A stretch of 32,000 nucleotides of DNA from Bacillus subtilis subsp. subtilis str. 168 (GCF_000009045.1 NC_000964.3:3510001-3542000), one strand, 5' to 3'; numbered from the stretch's first letter, positions 1 through 9,002 are shown. A program made the numbers and translations. The notes: generated by a model from the sequence alone, not told the origin.

Positions 1-490
1 TTTTCCTCGTTTCCCTCATTGTTTCCAGCAGCAATGATGACACGTGATTCATCAAGTGTTTAAGAAGTTCATTTTGAGAAGCGTCCGCAAGCGCAAGATG
101 AAATGCAAAGTCTGCTTTCTCTCCCAGCTCCCCGTCCGCTTCAATGCTGCCCATTTCCTTTAGTGCATCCTGAATTCTTTCGAGATCTGCTTCTGTCCTT
201 TTTTCAGCCGCTAGTGAAGCCACGCCGATTTCAAGCAGTTTTCTGACCTCGAGCAGCTGCTTGACGTCCTCTTTTTTCATCAGAAGGGCGGCTGAGAGCG
301 GCTGAGAAATTTGATTGAGCTCAAATTCCTTCAGATACGTGCCTTCTCCCTGTTTCATTTCGACAAGCCCCATCGCTTTTAGCGCAGAAAGTGCTTCGCG
401 AACCGCTGAACGGCTGACTTGAAAGCTCTCAGCAAGCGCCTGAACAGAGTCCAGTTTATCCCCCGGCTTCAATTCGCCATTTTTGATCAT
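1..490 (-). CDS. lutR: GntR/FadR-family regulator LutR (lactate utilisation repressor), N-terminal 163 codons; the C-terminus lies beyond window position 1
   Basis: The minus-strand frame is open from 532 to position 1. From ATG 490-488 it reads MIKNGELKPGDKLDSVQALAESFQVSRSAVREALSALKAMGLVEMKQGEGTYL (GntR winged HTH), followed by an FCD-like helical domain. It is divergent from lutP. The true start is uncertain (see finding). Confidence 0.85.
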   Translation of the reverse strand, partial: MIKNGELKPGDKLDSVQALAESFQVSRSAVREALSALKAMGLVEMKQGEGTYLKEFELNQISQPLSAALLMKKEDVKQLLEVRKLLEIGVASLAAEKRTEADLERIQDALKEMGSIEADGELGEKADFAFHLALADASQNELLKHLMNHVSSLLLETMRETRK

Positions 491-650
491 ATCTAATAGG
501 GCATCCGCTACTTCTTCATATATTTTTTTGTTTTAATCTGTTTATATTTCAATGCAATTCACCCCGTAACTTGTAGGTCTGGCTGTTTACGATCTATTAT
601 ACTCTGTTTTGTGGGCCGCCAAAAGATTTTGACTATTTTGTCAAAAAGTC

Positions 651-679
651 TTGTACTTTGATTTTTTTCAAAATATAAT
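651..679 (+). promoter_or_regulatory. sigma-A type promoter candidate for lutP
   Basis: TTGTAC (651-656), 17 nt spacer, TATAAT (674-679), about 100 nt upstream of the lutP ATG. Confidence 0.5.
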
Positions 680-687
680 GCTAGGTA

Positions 688-706
688 ACTGGTCTTATTA
701 CCCAGT
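688..706. promoter_or_regulatory. GntR/FadR-type operator candidate (probable LutR site)
   Basis: Inverted repeat ACTGGT-cttatt-ACCCAGT immediately downstream of the -10 box. It contains the GGT...ACC core typical of FadR-subfamily operators. Confidence 0.45.
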
Positions 707-729
707 CATCAGATGATCATATCATCTAT

Positions 730-743
730 AGAAACCGCTTACA
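730..743. promoter_or_regulatory. cre-like (CcpA) site candidate in the lutP leader
   Basis: AGAAACCGCTTACA matches the cre pattern TGNAANCGNTNNCA except at the first position. Confidence 0.35.
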
Positions 744-779
744 TATGGCGCCAGTTTATGTTTCAAGGAGGGGTTTGGG

Positions 780-2471
780 ATGCAATGGACACAGGCATAT
801 ACGCCTATAGGGGGAAATTTGCTATTATCAGCGCTTGCCGCACTTGTACCGATTATTTTCTTTTTTTGGGCACTCGCGATTAAACGGATGAAGGGGTATA
901 CAGCAGGCTTGGCCACATTGGGGATCGCCCTTATCATTGCTGTATTGGTTTATCGTATGCCGGCGGAAAAAGCGCTGATGTCCGCGACACAAGGAGCCGT
1001 ATACGGATTGTTGCCGATCGGCTGGATCATTGTGACGTCTGTTTTTTTGTATAAAATCACTGTGAAAACGGGACAGTTTGATATCATTCGCAGCTCTGTT
1101 CTCTCGATTACTGATGACCGACGGCTTCAAGCTCTCTTGATCGCTTTTTCATTCGGGGCTTTTTTAGAAGGGGCAGCAGGCTTCGGAGCGCCGGTCGCCA
1201 TTTCTGCCGCGCTGCTGGTCGGTCTCGGCTTTAATCCTCTTTATGCTGCGGGGATCTGTTTGATCGCCAATACGGCGCCGGTTGCCTTTGGGGCAATTGG
1301 GATTCCAATTACAGCCGTAGAAGGGCCGACAGGGATTCCGGCGATGGAGATTTCGCAAATGGTTGGGCGGCAGCTGCCGTTTTTATCCGTATTTATTCCT
1401 CTTTATTTAATCATCATCATGAGCGGGTTCAGGAAAGCCTTGGAGATCTGGCCGGCGATTCTCGTATCCGGTGTTTCCTTTGCTGTTGTTCAATATCTCA
1501 GTTCCAATTTTTTAGGGCCTGAGCTGCCCGATGTTTTGTCAGCTCTTGTTTCAATGGCTGCGCTTGCTGTGTTTTTGAAATGGTGGAAGCCGAAAACAAC
1601 ATTCCGGTTTGCCGGTGAACAAGAGTCGGCCGCCTCAATTGAAACGGCGCGCACAAATCCGGCGGCGCCTGCATACAGAGGCGGACAGATTTTTAAGGCT
1701 TGGTCGCCATTTCTGCTGCTGACGGCGATGATTTCCGTATGGGGCATTCCATCTGTCAAATCCGCGCTGACCGGGCATTATGAAGGCTCTGCGGTGTTCT
1801 TGAAGTGGCTGAATGCTGTTGGAGAAAAACTGACTTTTTCCCCCGGTGTGCCTTTTTTGAACAATCAGATTGTCAATGCTGACGGTACGCCGATTGAAGC
1901 GGTTTACAAGTTGGAGGTGCTTGGTTCGGCCGGCACCGCGATATTGATTGCCGCAGTGCTGTCAAAATTCATCACGGCGATTTCGTGGAAAGACTGGGGA
2001 ACCGTTTTTAAAGAAACAGTCCAGGAATTGAAGCTTCCGATTTTGACCATTGCTTCTGTCGTTGGTTTTGCCTATGTCACCAACTCCTCGGGAATGAGCA
2101 CGACACTCGGGATGACACTCGCGCTGACAGGTTCGATGTTTACCTTCTTTTCGCCCGTTCTCGGCTGGCTCGGCGTCTTCATTACCGGCTCGGATACTTC
2201 TGCCAACCTGCTGTTCGGCAACCTGCAGAAAGTCACCGCATTATCAGTCGGCATGGACCCCGTTCTGTCTGTGGCCGCCAACTCTTCAGGCGGTGTCACA
2301 GGAAAAATGATTTCACCGCAGTCGATAGCGGTGGCGTGCGCCGCGGTAGGACTCGCCGGAAAGGAGTCAGATCTTTTCCGCTTTACCATTAAACACAGTC
2401 TGTTTTTGCTGCTGCTCGTCTGTATCATCACCTTTTTGCAGCATCACGTATTCAGCTGGATGATTCCTTAA
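780..2471 (+). CDS. lutP: L-lactate permease (LctP family)
   Basis: 563-aa polytopic membrane ORF. RBS AAGGAGGGG lies upstream of the ATG. The sequence is recognised as B. subtilis LutP/YvfH. Confidence 0.95.
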   Translation: MQWTQAYTPIGGNLLLSALAALVPIIFFFWALAIKRMKGYTAGLATLGIALIIAVLVYRMPAEKALMSATQGAVYGLLPIGWIIVTSVFLYKITVKTGQFDIIRSSVLSITDDRRLQALLIAFSFGAFLEGAAGFGAPVAISAALLVGLGFNPLYAAGICLIANTAPVAFGAIGIPITAVEGPTGIPAMEISQMVGRQLPFLSVFIPLYLIIIMSGFRKALEIWPAILVSGVSFAVVQYLSSNFLGPELPDVLSALVSMAALAVFLKWWKPKTTFRFAGEQESAASIETARTNPAAPAYRGGQIFKAWSPFLLLTAMISVWGIPSVKSALTGHYEGSAVFLKWLNAVGEKLTFSPGVPFLNNQIVNADGTPIEAVYKLEVLGSAGTAILIAAVLSKFITAISWKDWGTVFKETVQELKLPILTIASVVGFAYVTNSSGMSTTLGMTLALTGSMFTFFSPVLGWLGVFITGSDTSANLLFGNLQKVTALSVGMDPVLSVAANSSGGVTGKMISPQSIAVACAAVGLAGKESDLFRFTIKHSLFLLLLVCIITFLQHHVFSWMIP

Positions 2472-2500
2472 AAAAATCCTCCCGTCTAGGGAGGATTTTA
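2471..2500. terminator. bidirectional intrinsic terminator between convergent lutP and sigL
   Basis: Stem AATCCTCCC (2475-2483) pairs with GGGAGGATT (2489-2497). It is flanked by an A-run on the left and a T-run on the right, and overlaps the sigL stop codon. Confidence 0.8.
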
Positions 2501-3808
2501 TTTATATCGCTTTCTCGCTGCCGATGACGGAATATTCATTTGATCGCGATATTTTGCCACGGTGCGTCTCGAGATTTGGATGCCGTGTTGTTCATACAGC
2601 AAATCGACAAGCTTTTGGTCTGAAAGCGGTTTTGTTTTGTCCTCTTGATTGATCAGGTTTTCCAGATGCGTTTTGACTGCATAATTCGACGCATCTCCAT
2701 CACCTGAAGCCTCGGCTTTTGCTGAGAAAAAGAGTTTCATCTCAAACAGCCCGTAAGGCGTTTGTATTGTTTTCCCTTTAATGGCCCGGCTCACAGTTGA
2801 TTCATGAAGGCTTAGACAGTCTGCCACCTCTCTGAGAGTCAGCGGCTTCATTGCGCTTCGCCCTTTCAGAAAGAAATCCTTTTGGCGTGTGATCAGTTCA
2901 TTGATAATTCTCGTGATTGTCTGTTTTCGCTGCCGCAGCGCGCGGCTCAGCCAGCGCCACTCCTGATATTTCGCAGATAAATAGGAGACAGTATCCTGAC
3001 AGGAGCCGGATGATAAAAGCGTTCTGTACTGCGGATGCAGATCGATCTCGGGAAACGAGCGGGTATTCAGTTCCGCTGCGATGTGCCCATTTTTTACGGT
3101 GATAAAAATGTCAGGCTCAATATACACATCTTGCTCTGGCCGGGCAAACAGAAGGCCAGGTCTAGGATGAAGAGCCGCGATATCATCTGAGATATCTTGA
3201 ATGGTATGAAGCGGAATTCCCGTCTCTACTGAAAGCGTTTTCCATTTTTTTTGCGCAAAAGCATCAAAATGAGCTGAAACCAGCATTTCCGCTTGTTCAT
3301 TTCTGTTCGGCAGCCGCTGTAATTGAAGAAGGATGCATTCCTGCAAAGATCTCGCGCCGATTCCAGCCGGTTCTAACGACTGGAGTTTTGCCAAAACAGC
3401 CTCCGCTTCCTTGGCCGATACAGATAATCGCCGTGCTGCCTCCTCTATATCTTCTTCCAAGTACCCGTTTGAATCAAGCGAATGAATCAGATAATTAAAA
3501 ATCTTTTTTTCAGTGTTTGTCAGATTCATATCGAGTGACTGCTGTTTTAACGCATCCTGCAATGTTTTTTGCGGATTACTTAATTGAAGGCCCGCTTCCT
3601 GTGCATTCATCCTGTTTTTGTTTGTTTTATGGTAAGATAGTGGCGGTGTGTCTGTTTCCTTTCGTTCAATAAGAGGGTTTTCCAGTGAGAGCTCATCAAT
3701 GTACTCGGCGAGTTCTGCCGAATGATAGCCAAGCAGCGTGATGGCCTGCCTGAGCTCCTGTGTCAGTTGAGGCTTTAATACTTGTACTTGCTGAAGTTTC
3801 ATATCCAT
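2498..3808 (-). CDS. sigL: RNA polymerase sigma-54 factor SigL
   Basis: 436 aa from ATG 3808 (MDMKLQQVQVLKPQ), preceded by the RBS GAAAGGGGAG. The C-terminal RpoN box SRRTVAKYR is present. The longer track ORF start (3850) lacks an RBS. Confidence 0.95.
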   Translation of the reverse strand: MDMKLQQVQVLKPQLTQELRQAITLLGYHSAELAEYIDELSLENPLIERKETDTPPLSYHKTNKNRMNAQEAGLQLSNPQKTLQDALKQQSLDMNLTNTEKKIFNYLIHSLDSNGYLEEDIEEAARRLSVSAKEAEAVLAKLQSLEPAGIGARSLQECILLQLQRLPNRNEQAEMLVSAHFDAFAQKKWKTLSVETGIPLHTIQDISDDIAALHPRPGLLFARPEQDVYIEPDIFITVKNGHIAAELNTRSFPEIDLHPQYRTLLSSGSCQDTVSYLSAKYQEWRWLSRALRQRKQTITRIINELITRQKDFFLKGRSAMKPLTLREVADCLSLHESTVSRAIKGKTIQTPYGLFEMKLFFSAKAEASGDGDASNYAVKTHLENLINQEDKTKPLSDQKLVDLLYEQHGIQISRRTVAKYRDQMNIPSSAARKRYK

Positions 3809-3830
3809 CTTGCTCACTCCCCTTTCTTCA

Positions 3831-3860
3831 TTGTACATGATTGAGATCACACCGTATACA
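3831..3860 (+). promoter_or_regulatory. possible sigma-A promoter for yvfG
   Basis: TTGTAC (3831-3836), 18 nt spacer, TATACA (3855-3860). It overlaps the 5' end region of sigL on the other strand. Confidence 0.3.
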
Positions 3861-3886
3861 TTTATGAAAAAGGAGCTGCCAAAGAA

Positions 3887-4105
3887 ATGTCTGAACTTTT
3901 TTCCGTCCCTTATTTTATTGAGAATTTAAAACAGCATATTGAAATGAATCAGTCTGAGGATAAAATCCACGCGATGAACAGCTACTACCGTTCCGTCGTC
4001 TCAACACTAGTGCAGGACCAGCTGACGAAAAACGCAGTTGTCCTGAAACGGATTCAGCATTTAGATGAAGCATACAACAAAGTCAAACGTGGAGAATCAA
4101 AATAA
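3887..4105 (+). CDS. yvfG: small helical protein of unknown function
   Basis: 72-aa ORF with RBS AAAAAGGAG 11 nt upstream. It has no TM segment or signal peptide. The sequence is recognised as YvfG. Confidence 0.85.
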   Translation: MSELFSVPYFIENLKQHIEMNQSEDKIHAMNSYYRSVVSTLVQDQLTKNAVVLKRIQHLDEAYNKVKRGESK

Positions 4106-4137
4106 ACCTTCCGCTCACATGTGAGCAGGAAGGTTTT
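4104..4137. terminator. bidirectional terminator at the end of the eps operon and of yvfG
   Basis: Near-perfect hairpin AAACCTTCCGCTCACA / TGTGAGCAGGAAGGTTTT. It overlaps the epsO stop codon (4115-4117). Confidence 0.75.
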
Positions 4138-5083
4138 CCTTCTTTGAGGCGTGCTGGATGAGACGGGTGCTTGGCACGCCTTCCATCCAGGTATGAAAGT
4201 AATTGGCGTTTTTCCCGTAGGAATTATCAATGACCGTGTTTTCTTTTTGAAGAAGAGAAGACAGGATGTGGCCGTGCAGCCTTGATGTTTCCACCGATTC
4301 GTAACGGCTGAAAAACCGAATCGCTTTTTGGACGATATAATCCGAGTATTTTTCCCATATATACGCAATGGGCAAAGGGTTGCCTGCTTTTTTATTCAAG
4401 ACGTTCAGCGTTTGGAGAAAAGCAATCGTCCGGCGGTCTGAAGCTGACAGCACCGTGCGCCAGTCGTAGCTTTCCGCTTCTGCGTGTTCCTGAAGCGCCT
4501 GGTTTGCTTCATGATCTGTTCGGATAAATCTCAGCTTTTGATTGGACGGCTGCTGCGTGGGAATGACGGGAAACAGCTGATGAGCCATATCAGGCAGAAG
4601 CTGAATGTGATTTGTTGTAAAATAGGCCTGTGCCGTAGCATAGGAGGCTTTTTCCCTTGTCATGATGTGAAGGTTCGCATGCTTAGAAAATATCTCTGCC
4701 GTCCGCTTGAGGTTGTCTTTGTTTTGAAAATAAATCGATTGCGGCAGGATCACAATTTTGTGGTTCGGATAGGTTTGGACGATTTTCTCTCTAAAGCCTT
4801 GATAATACGGATACAGATCCCCGAAGTTTCCGCCTCCCTGGCAGACGATGATGAGATTCGGATCAAGCTTTCGCCCGATTGGGAAATTGTCTGGATTCCA
4901 GCGTTTTCTGACCCGAATCCCGTGTTCTTTAAAGAAGGCTTCTGTTCCTTTCATAATAAATAAATCCCCTACATTCCCATATAGAGGATAGTCAGCATAT
5001 ATAATCTCTGATTGTTTCGGAATGACGTCGAGCAGCCCGGACAGTTTCTGTTTCAGGCTGATCATCGAATGCTTGCTGTCCAT
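4115..5083 (-). CDS. epsO: polysaccharide pyruvyl transferase family protein
   Basis: 322 aa with RBS GAGGTG 5 nt upstream. The motifs GNVGDLFI and GGGNFGDLYPYY are shared with EpsI. Confidence 0.9.
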   Translation of the reverse strand: MDSKHSMISLKQKLSGLLDVIPKQSEIIYADYPLYGNVGDLFIMKGTEAFFKEHGIRVRKRWNPDNFPIGRKLDPNLIIVCQGGGNFGDLYPYYQGFREKIVQTYPNHKIVILPQSIYFQNKDNLKRTAEIFSKHANLHIMTREKASYATAQAYFTTNHIQLLPDMAHQLFPVIPTQQPSNQKLRFIRTDHEANQALQEHAEAESYDWRTVLSASDRRTIAFLQTLNVLNKKAGNPLPIAYIWEKYSDYIVQKAIRFFSRYESVETSRLHGHILSSLLQKENTVIDNSYGKNANYFHTWMEGVPSTRLIQHASKKENLPAHM

Positions 5084-6228
5084 TTCTTCACCTCGACAGT
5101 ATGGAATAAGTGCAGTAGCACTTCAATGACCCGGCCTTGCTCATCTTCTGTCATATTGGACCCCGATGGGAGACAGATTCCTCGCTTGAACAAATCTTCG
5201 CATACGCTTCCTGTATCTTCATGAGAATAAAATAAAGCCGGATCGAACAGCGGCTGGGTATGGAGCGGCTTCCACAGCGGACGGGCTTCAATGTTTTCTT
5301 CAGCAAGACGTTGAACTATGTCATATGGGCTGAGCCCGTTATCAAGTGTGAGCGTGGTGAGCCAGCGATTGGATACGCCTGCTGCGTACTCTGGCATAAA
5401 GCGGACGCCGTCTAAGTGACCGAGCGCATTTTTGTATCTCGTGAAAATGGTCCTTCTTTTCTCCACTCGCTCATCCAGCACCTCAAGCTGGGCAATGCCG
5501 ACGCCGGCTAAGATATTGCTCAGCCTGTAATTATGTCCAATTTCACTGTGCTGATAATGAACAGCCGGCTCTCGTGCCTGCGAAGCGAGAAATCTTGCTT
5601 TTTCAATTGCGGCTTCATCATTTGAAACGAGCATCCCTCCCCCTGATGTGGTGATGATTTTGTTCCCGTTAAATGAAAAAATGCCGAAGCGCCCGAATGT
5701 TCCGCTTTGCTTCCCTTTATAGACTGTGCCGAGAGATTCGGCTGCGTCCTCAATGACAGGAACTCCGTATGCATCACACAGGCTTACGATTTCATCCATT
5801 TTCGCGCTCTGCCCATATAGATTGACGGCAATTACCGCTTTTGGCAGTGTTCCGTTTCTTTTCGCTTCCTCCAATGCTCTTTCAAGGGCTGTCGGCGACA
5901 TATTCCACGTATCAGGCTCAGAATCAATAAAGACGGGCACCGCTTTTTCATATAGAATCGGATTGGCGGTTGCTACAAATGTGAAGGACTGGCAAAACAC
6001 GCTGTCACCTTCTTTTACCTCAAGCAAACGCAGCGCGAGATGAATCGCCGCCGTTCCTGAGCCGACCGCAGCTGCTGCTTTTACACCGACTCGTTCTGCC
6101 AGCTGTTCTTCAAATGAATTCACGAGCGGCCCAAGCGGCGCAATCCAGTTTGAGCGAAAGGCTTCTGAAATATAGTGCTGCTCCCTGCCGCTCATATGAG
6201 GGGGAGATAAGTAGATTTTTTTATGCAT
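5062..6228 (-). CDS. epsN: PLP-dependent sugar aminotransferase (DegT/DnrJ/EryC1, PglE-like)
   Basis: 388 aa from ATG 6228 (MHKKIYLSPPHMSG). The FSFNGNKIITT lysine motif is present. Its stop overlaps the epsO start by 22 nt. Confidence 0.9.
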   Translation of the reverse strand: MHKKIYLSPPHMSGREQHYISEAFRSNWIAPLGPLVNSFEEQLAERVGVKAAAAVGSGTAAIHLALRLLEVKEGDSVFCQSFTFVATANPILYEKAVPVFIDSEPDTWNMSPTALERALEEAKRNGTLPKAVIAVNLYGQSAKMDEIVSLCDAYGVPVIEDAAESLGTVYKGKQSGTFGRFGIFSFNGNKIITTSGGGMLVSNDEAAIEKARFLASQAREPAVHYQHSEIGHNYRLSNILAGVGIAQLEVLDERVEKRRTIFTRYKNALGHLDGVRFMPEYAAGVSNRWLTTLTLDNGLSPYDIVQRLAEENIEARPLWKPLHTQPLFDPALFYSHEDTGSVCEDLFKRGICLPSGSNMTEDEQGRVIEVLLHLFHTVEVKKWTASIR

Positions 6229-6232
6229 AGAA

Positions 6233-6883
6233 TCATCCTTTGTTTGATGTTTGAATGGAAGAAATGATGCGTGCCGGAGCACCGGCCGCCGTTACCCTGT
6301 CCGGTATGGAACGGATCACCGCGGAGCCGGCTCCGACAATGCTCCAAGCCCCGATTATGATCTGCGGTATGACGGATGCACCGGTTCCGACGTGAGCGCC
6401 TTCCTGAACGGAAACCGCTCCTGACAGCGTGGCACGCGGGGACAGATGAACGTAATCGCTGATTTGATTGTCGTGCTCTGCCACTGCACCCGTATTGATG
6501 ATGCAGTGGGCGCCGATGCGCGCATCCGCCTGAATGATCGCGCCCGCCATAATCACTGTCCCTTCCCCAATGACAGCCGACTTGCTGACGATGGCTGACG
6601 GGTGAATCAATGTAATAAAATCATCTTTCCCCAGTCCCAGTCGCTCCGCCAGCTGTTTTCTGACACTGTTATTCCCAACAGCAATCAGAAACAGCACATC
6701 AGGAATGAGCCTGCGCAGTTCAGTAACGGCTTTCGGCGGTCCTGTGTACCATTCTTTTCCGCCTTCGAACGTTTTGAATTTATCATCCAGCACCGCGGCT
6801 AAGCGCGTATCTGAGCGGGCGTTTATCAGCTCTCTGATCACCTTTCCGTGACCGCCGTCACCCACAATGGCCACATTTTTCAT
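6233..6883 (-). CDS. epsM: left-handed beta-helix sugar N-acetyltransferase (NeuD/PglD-like)
   Basis: 216 aa from ATG 6883 (MKNVAIVGDGGHGK). Hexapeptide repeats occupy the C-terminal half. ATGA overlap with the epsL stop. Confidence 0.9.
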   Translation of the reverse strand: MKNVAIVGDGGHGKVIRELINARSDTRLAAVLDDKFKTFEGGKEWYTGPPKAVTELRRLIPDVLFLIAVGNNSVRKQLAERLGLGKDDFITLIHPSAIVSKSAVIGEGTVIMAGAIIQADARIGAHCIINTGAVAEHDNQISDYVHLSPRATLSGAVSVQEGAHVGTGASVIPQIIIGAWSIVGAGSAVIRSIPDRVTAAGAPARIISSIQTSNKG

Positions 6884-7488
6884 GAGGACACATCTCCGCT
6901 TCCGGTAAACCGTTCCGCGGTCACATGATTGGTTTGCTGAATCCCTTCTGAAACAAGGACCTTTCGCACCGTCAAACATAAAATTTTCAAATCGAGAAAA
7001 AATGACCAGTTGTCAACGTACCAAACATCTAATTCAAATTTCTTTTCCCAGGAAATCGCGTTTCTGCCATTGATTTGCGCCCAGCCTGTGATACCCGGCT
7101 TCACCTCATGGCGCCGTGCCTGTTTTTCTGTATAAAGAGGCAGATAGTCCATCAAAAGCGGCCGCGGCCCGACAAGGCTCAGATCGCCCTTCAGGACATT
7201 CAGGAGCTGCGGAAGCTCATCAATGCTCAGCTTTCTGATCAGCCTGCCCGTTTTCGTCAGCCGGACTTCATCAGGCAGCAGATTTCCTTTACTGTCCCGT
7301 TCATCCGTCATTGTCCGGAACTTATATAGGGTGAACGGTTTGCCGTGCAGGCCCGGCCTTACTTGCTTAAAGAAGACAGGTGATCCTATTTTCAGCCTGA
7401 CAACGGCGATGGTGAACAGAATGATCACACTTGTACAGCACAACAAAAAAATGGCGGCCGTCAGATCAAAAAGTCGTTTCAGGATCAA
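6880..7488 (-). CDS. epsL: monotopic phosphoglycosyl transferase (bacterial sugar transferase, PglC-like)
   Basis: 202 aa from TTG 7488 (MILKRLFDL), preceded by the RBS GAAAGGAG. Motifs SIDELPQL and LVGPRPL are present. TTGA overlap with the epsK stop. Confidence 0.88.
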   Translation of the reverse strand: MILKRLFDLTAAIFLLCCTSVIILFTIAVVRLKIGSPVFFKQVRPGLHGKPFTLYKFRTMTDERDSKGNLLPDEVRLTKTGRLIRKLSIDELPQLLNVLKGDLSLVGPRPLLMDYLPLYTEKQARRHEVKPGITGWAQINGRNAISWEKKFELDVWYVDNWSFFLDLKILCLTVRKVLVSEGIQQTNHVTAERFTGSGDVSS

Positions 7489-9002
7489 AGATTCACAGCT
7501 CCTTTCGTTTTTCGAAACCGTTTTAATACCAGCTGTCTTTCCTCTTTTGTACAAACGAGCATAAAAGCGAAAACAGCGTAGCAAAAGCTGACTGTCACTC
7601 CCGTCGCTATCAATGACGGCCAGCTGTCAATCTTCACAATGAACTGAATTGCCTTACAGACCGTCCAGGCAAATACAGCGGCTGAAAGAGGCCCGATTAT
7701 GCCTTTAAGGAACACGTGCTTTTTGTAGCCTGTAATGCGGGATACGTAAAGCGGCGTAAAGATGGCATTTTTTAAAATAAGAGAAATGGCCCCTGCCAAT
7801 GTTATGCCGTACAGACCGAGATGAGCCGGCCCGCTCAGCGTGACCGCCAGCACCACATTCACCGCACCTAACAGCAGGGTAACAATCGCCGGTGTTTTTT
7901 GTTGATTAAAAGCGGTCCATATATAAAACAGCGGCATAAAGGCGAGGCTGACAACCAAGTATCCGGCATGAATAAATAAAAGCGGTGCTATCGTTGAAAA
8001 GGACGGTCCGAGCCAGATTGTCAGAAAAGGTCCCGCCAATCCGCCCAATAAGGCAGCAGGAAGTGCAAGCAAAAGACCATTGAGCCTTACTGCCTTATTG
8101 GCGTAATTCATCAATCCTTCCATATCGCCTTTTGAATAATATGAAGTCATGATGGGCGCAAACAGGGATGCGACCGTTCCGGCCAAGCTGCGCAAAAGCA
8201 GCGGAAACTGGATAATCGCCGCGTATTTCCCGGATGCAGACGCCCCCAGCATCAAATTGGCGGTTAACAGATCAATCTGCAAAAAAAGCAGGACGCCGAT
8301 TTGATTGACGGAGCTCCATGCGCCCGCTTGAAACAGCTCCTTGCTTGTACGGAATGAAAGATCCTTCATACGAAACGAAAACCACGGAATCAGCTTTTTG
8401 AAGAAATAGAAAGACAGCACAGACGCAATAACAGCACCAGCTAAAGCTGCAAGCTGGATCTGCCAGATTTTCGGCGCAAAGCATGCAAACAGGAGCAGCA
8501 CAGACAGCACCCGTATAAGCATTTGCACCGCCTGAATGGAACTGGTGATATAAAGGCGGTTGGCATAAAATGGTGCAGCGCCGAAGCCCGCCATCAGAAA
8601 CGTTAAAATAAACAGCACACTGCCGATTAAAATCGACAAACGCACATCTGCCAAAAGCGCTTGCGGCACATTCATGACGCGGTCAATAAAAAAAGCCGAA
8701 CCCGCAAGCGGCAGCAAGAGCAGCAAGGAAATCAAAACAGAGGCGGCTAAATAATTGCTGATATACGCATTTGCTTTCTCCCGCTCTCCCCTGTGGGCAG
8801 CAACAGAAAAGAACCGAACGACAACCGAGCTGAGCGCCACGGTAATAACCGAAAAGTAATTAATCACATTTTGTGTCAAGTGAACAAAGCCAAACGCTTC
8901 GACACCGAGCGTTTTGACAATAAAAGGCGTCATCCAAACCGATAGGAAAACAGACAAGAGAAAAGCCGTGAGATTCGCGCTGAAATTTATCGTGAATTTC
9001 AT
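7485..9002 (-). CDS. epsK: MOP-superfamily (Wzx-like) polysaccharide flippase
   Basis: 505 aa from ATG 9002 (MKFTINFSANL). Polytopic membrane protein. ATGA overlap with the epsJ stop. Confidence 0.88.
   Translation of the reverse strand: MKFTINFSANLTAFLLSVFLSVWMTPFIVKTLGVEAFGFVHLTQNVINYFSVITVALSSVVVRFFSVAAHRGEREKANAYISNYLAASVLISLLLLLPLAGSAFFIDRVMNVPQALLADVRLSILIGSVLFILTFLMAGFGAAPFYANRLYITSSIQAVQMLIRVLSVLLLFACFAPKIWQIQLAALAGAVIASVLSFYFFKKLIPWFSFRMKDLSFRTSKELFQAGAWSSVNQIGVLLFLQIDLLTANLMLGASASGKYAAIIQFPLLLRSLAGTVASLFAPIMTSYYSKGDMEGLMNYANKAVRLNGLLLALPAALLGGLAGPFLTIWLGPSFSTIAPLLFIHAGYLVVSLAFMPLFYIWTAFNQQKTPAIVTLLLGAVNVVLAVTLSGPAHLGLYGITLAGAISLILKNAIFTPLYVSRITGYKKHVFLKGIIGPLSAAVFAWTVCKAIQFIVKIDSWPSLIATGVTVSFCYAVFAFMLVCTKEERQLVLKRFRKTKGAVNL

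Noticed and set aside
706-716. Small palindrome TCATCAGATGA in the lutP leader.
   Set aside because: It has 5-bp arms with a single-nucleotide centre, too short to form a stable hairpin or to be assigned as an operator without further evidence.
722-1130. Minus-strand ORFs (71 and 100 aa) overlapping the lutP start region.
   Set aside because: They are antisense to a confidently identified permease gene and have no RBS. Their sequences are low-complexity and basic.
3809-3850. Longer upstream starts given by the ORF track for sigL (3850), epsN (6282), epsM (6979), epsL (7584), epsK (9074), epsH (12166), epsF (14433), epsD (16401), epsB (19154), padC (22846), racX (24111), pbpE (25488), levB (27462), yvdT (30663) and yvdS (31479).
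   Set aside because: The extensions overlap the preceding gene or lack an RBS. Internal starts have properly spaced Shine-Dalgarno motifs and give the expected protein N-termini.
4172-4177. Search for sigma-54 (-24/-12, TGGCAC-N5-TTGCA) promoters near sigL. TGGCAC occurs at 4172-4177 and 6430-6435.
   Set aside because: Neither occurrence is followed by TTGC at the right spacing, and both are inside coding sequence. No credible sigma-54 promoter is visible in the window.
4484-4963. 159-aa plus-strand ORF antisense to epsO. Similar antisense or alternative-frame ORFs occur at 5726-6043, 7223-7564, 9302-9667, 13367-13717, 13776-14168, 15984-16319, 16864-17157, 19104-19487, 21578-21886, 24216-24575, 24537-24911, 27598-27993, 30196-30507 and 31493-31816.
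   Set aside because: They lie entirely within strongly supported genes and have no Shine-Dalgarno sequence. Their compositions are skewed (Arg/Ser/Cys-rich) in the way typical of off-frame translation, and they show no recognisable domains.
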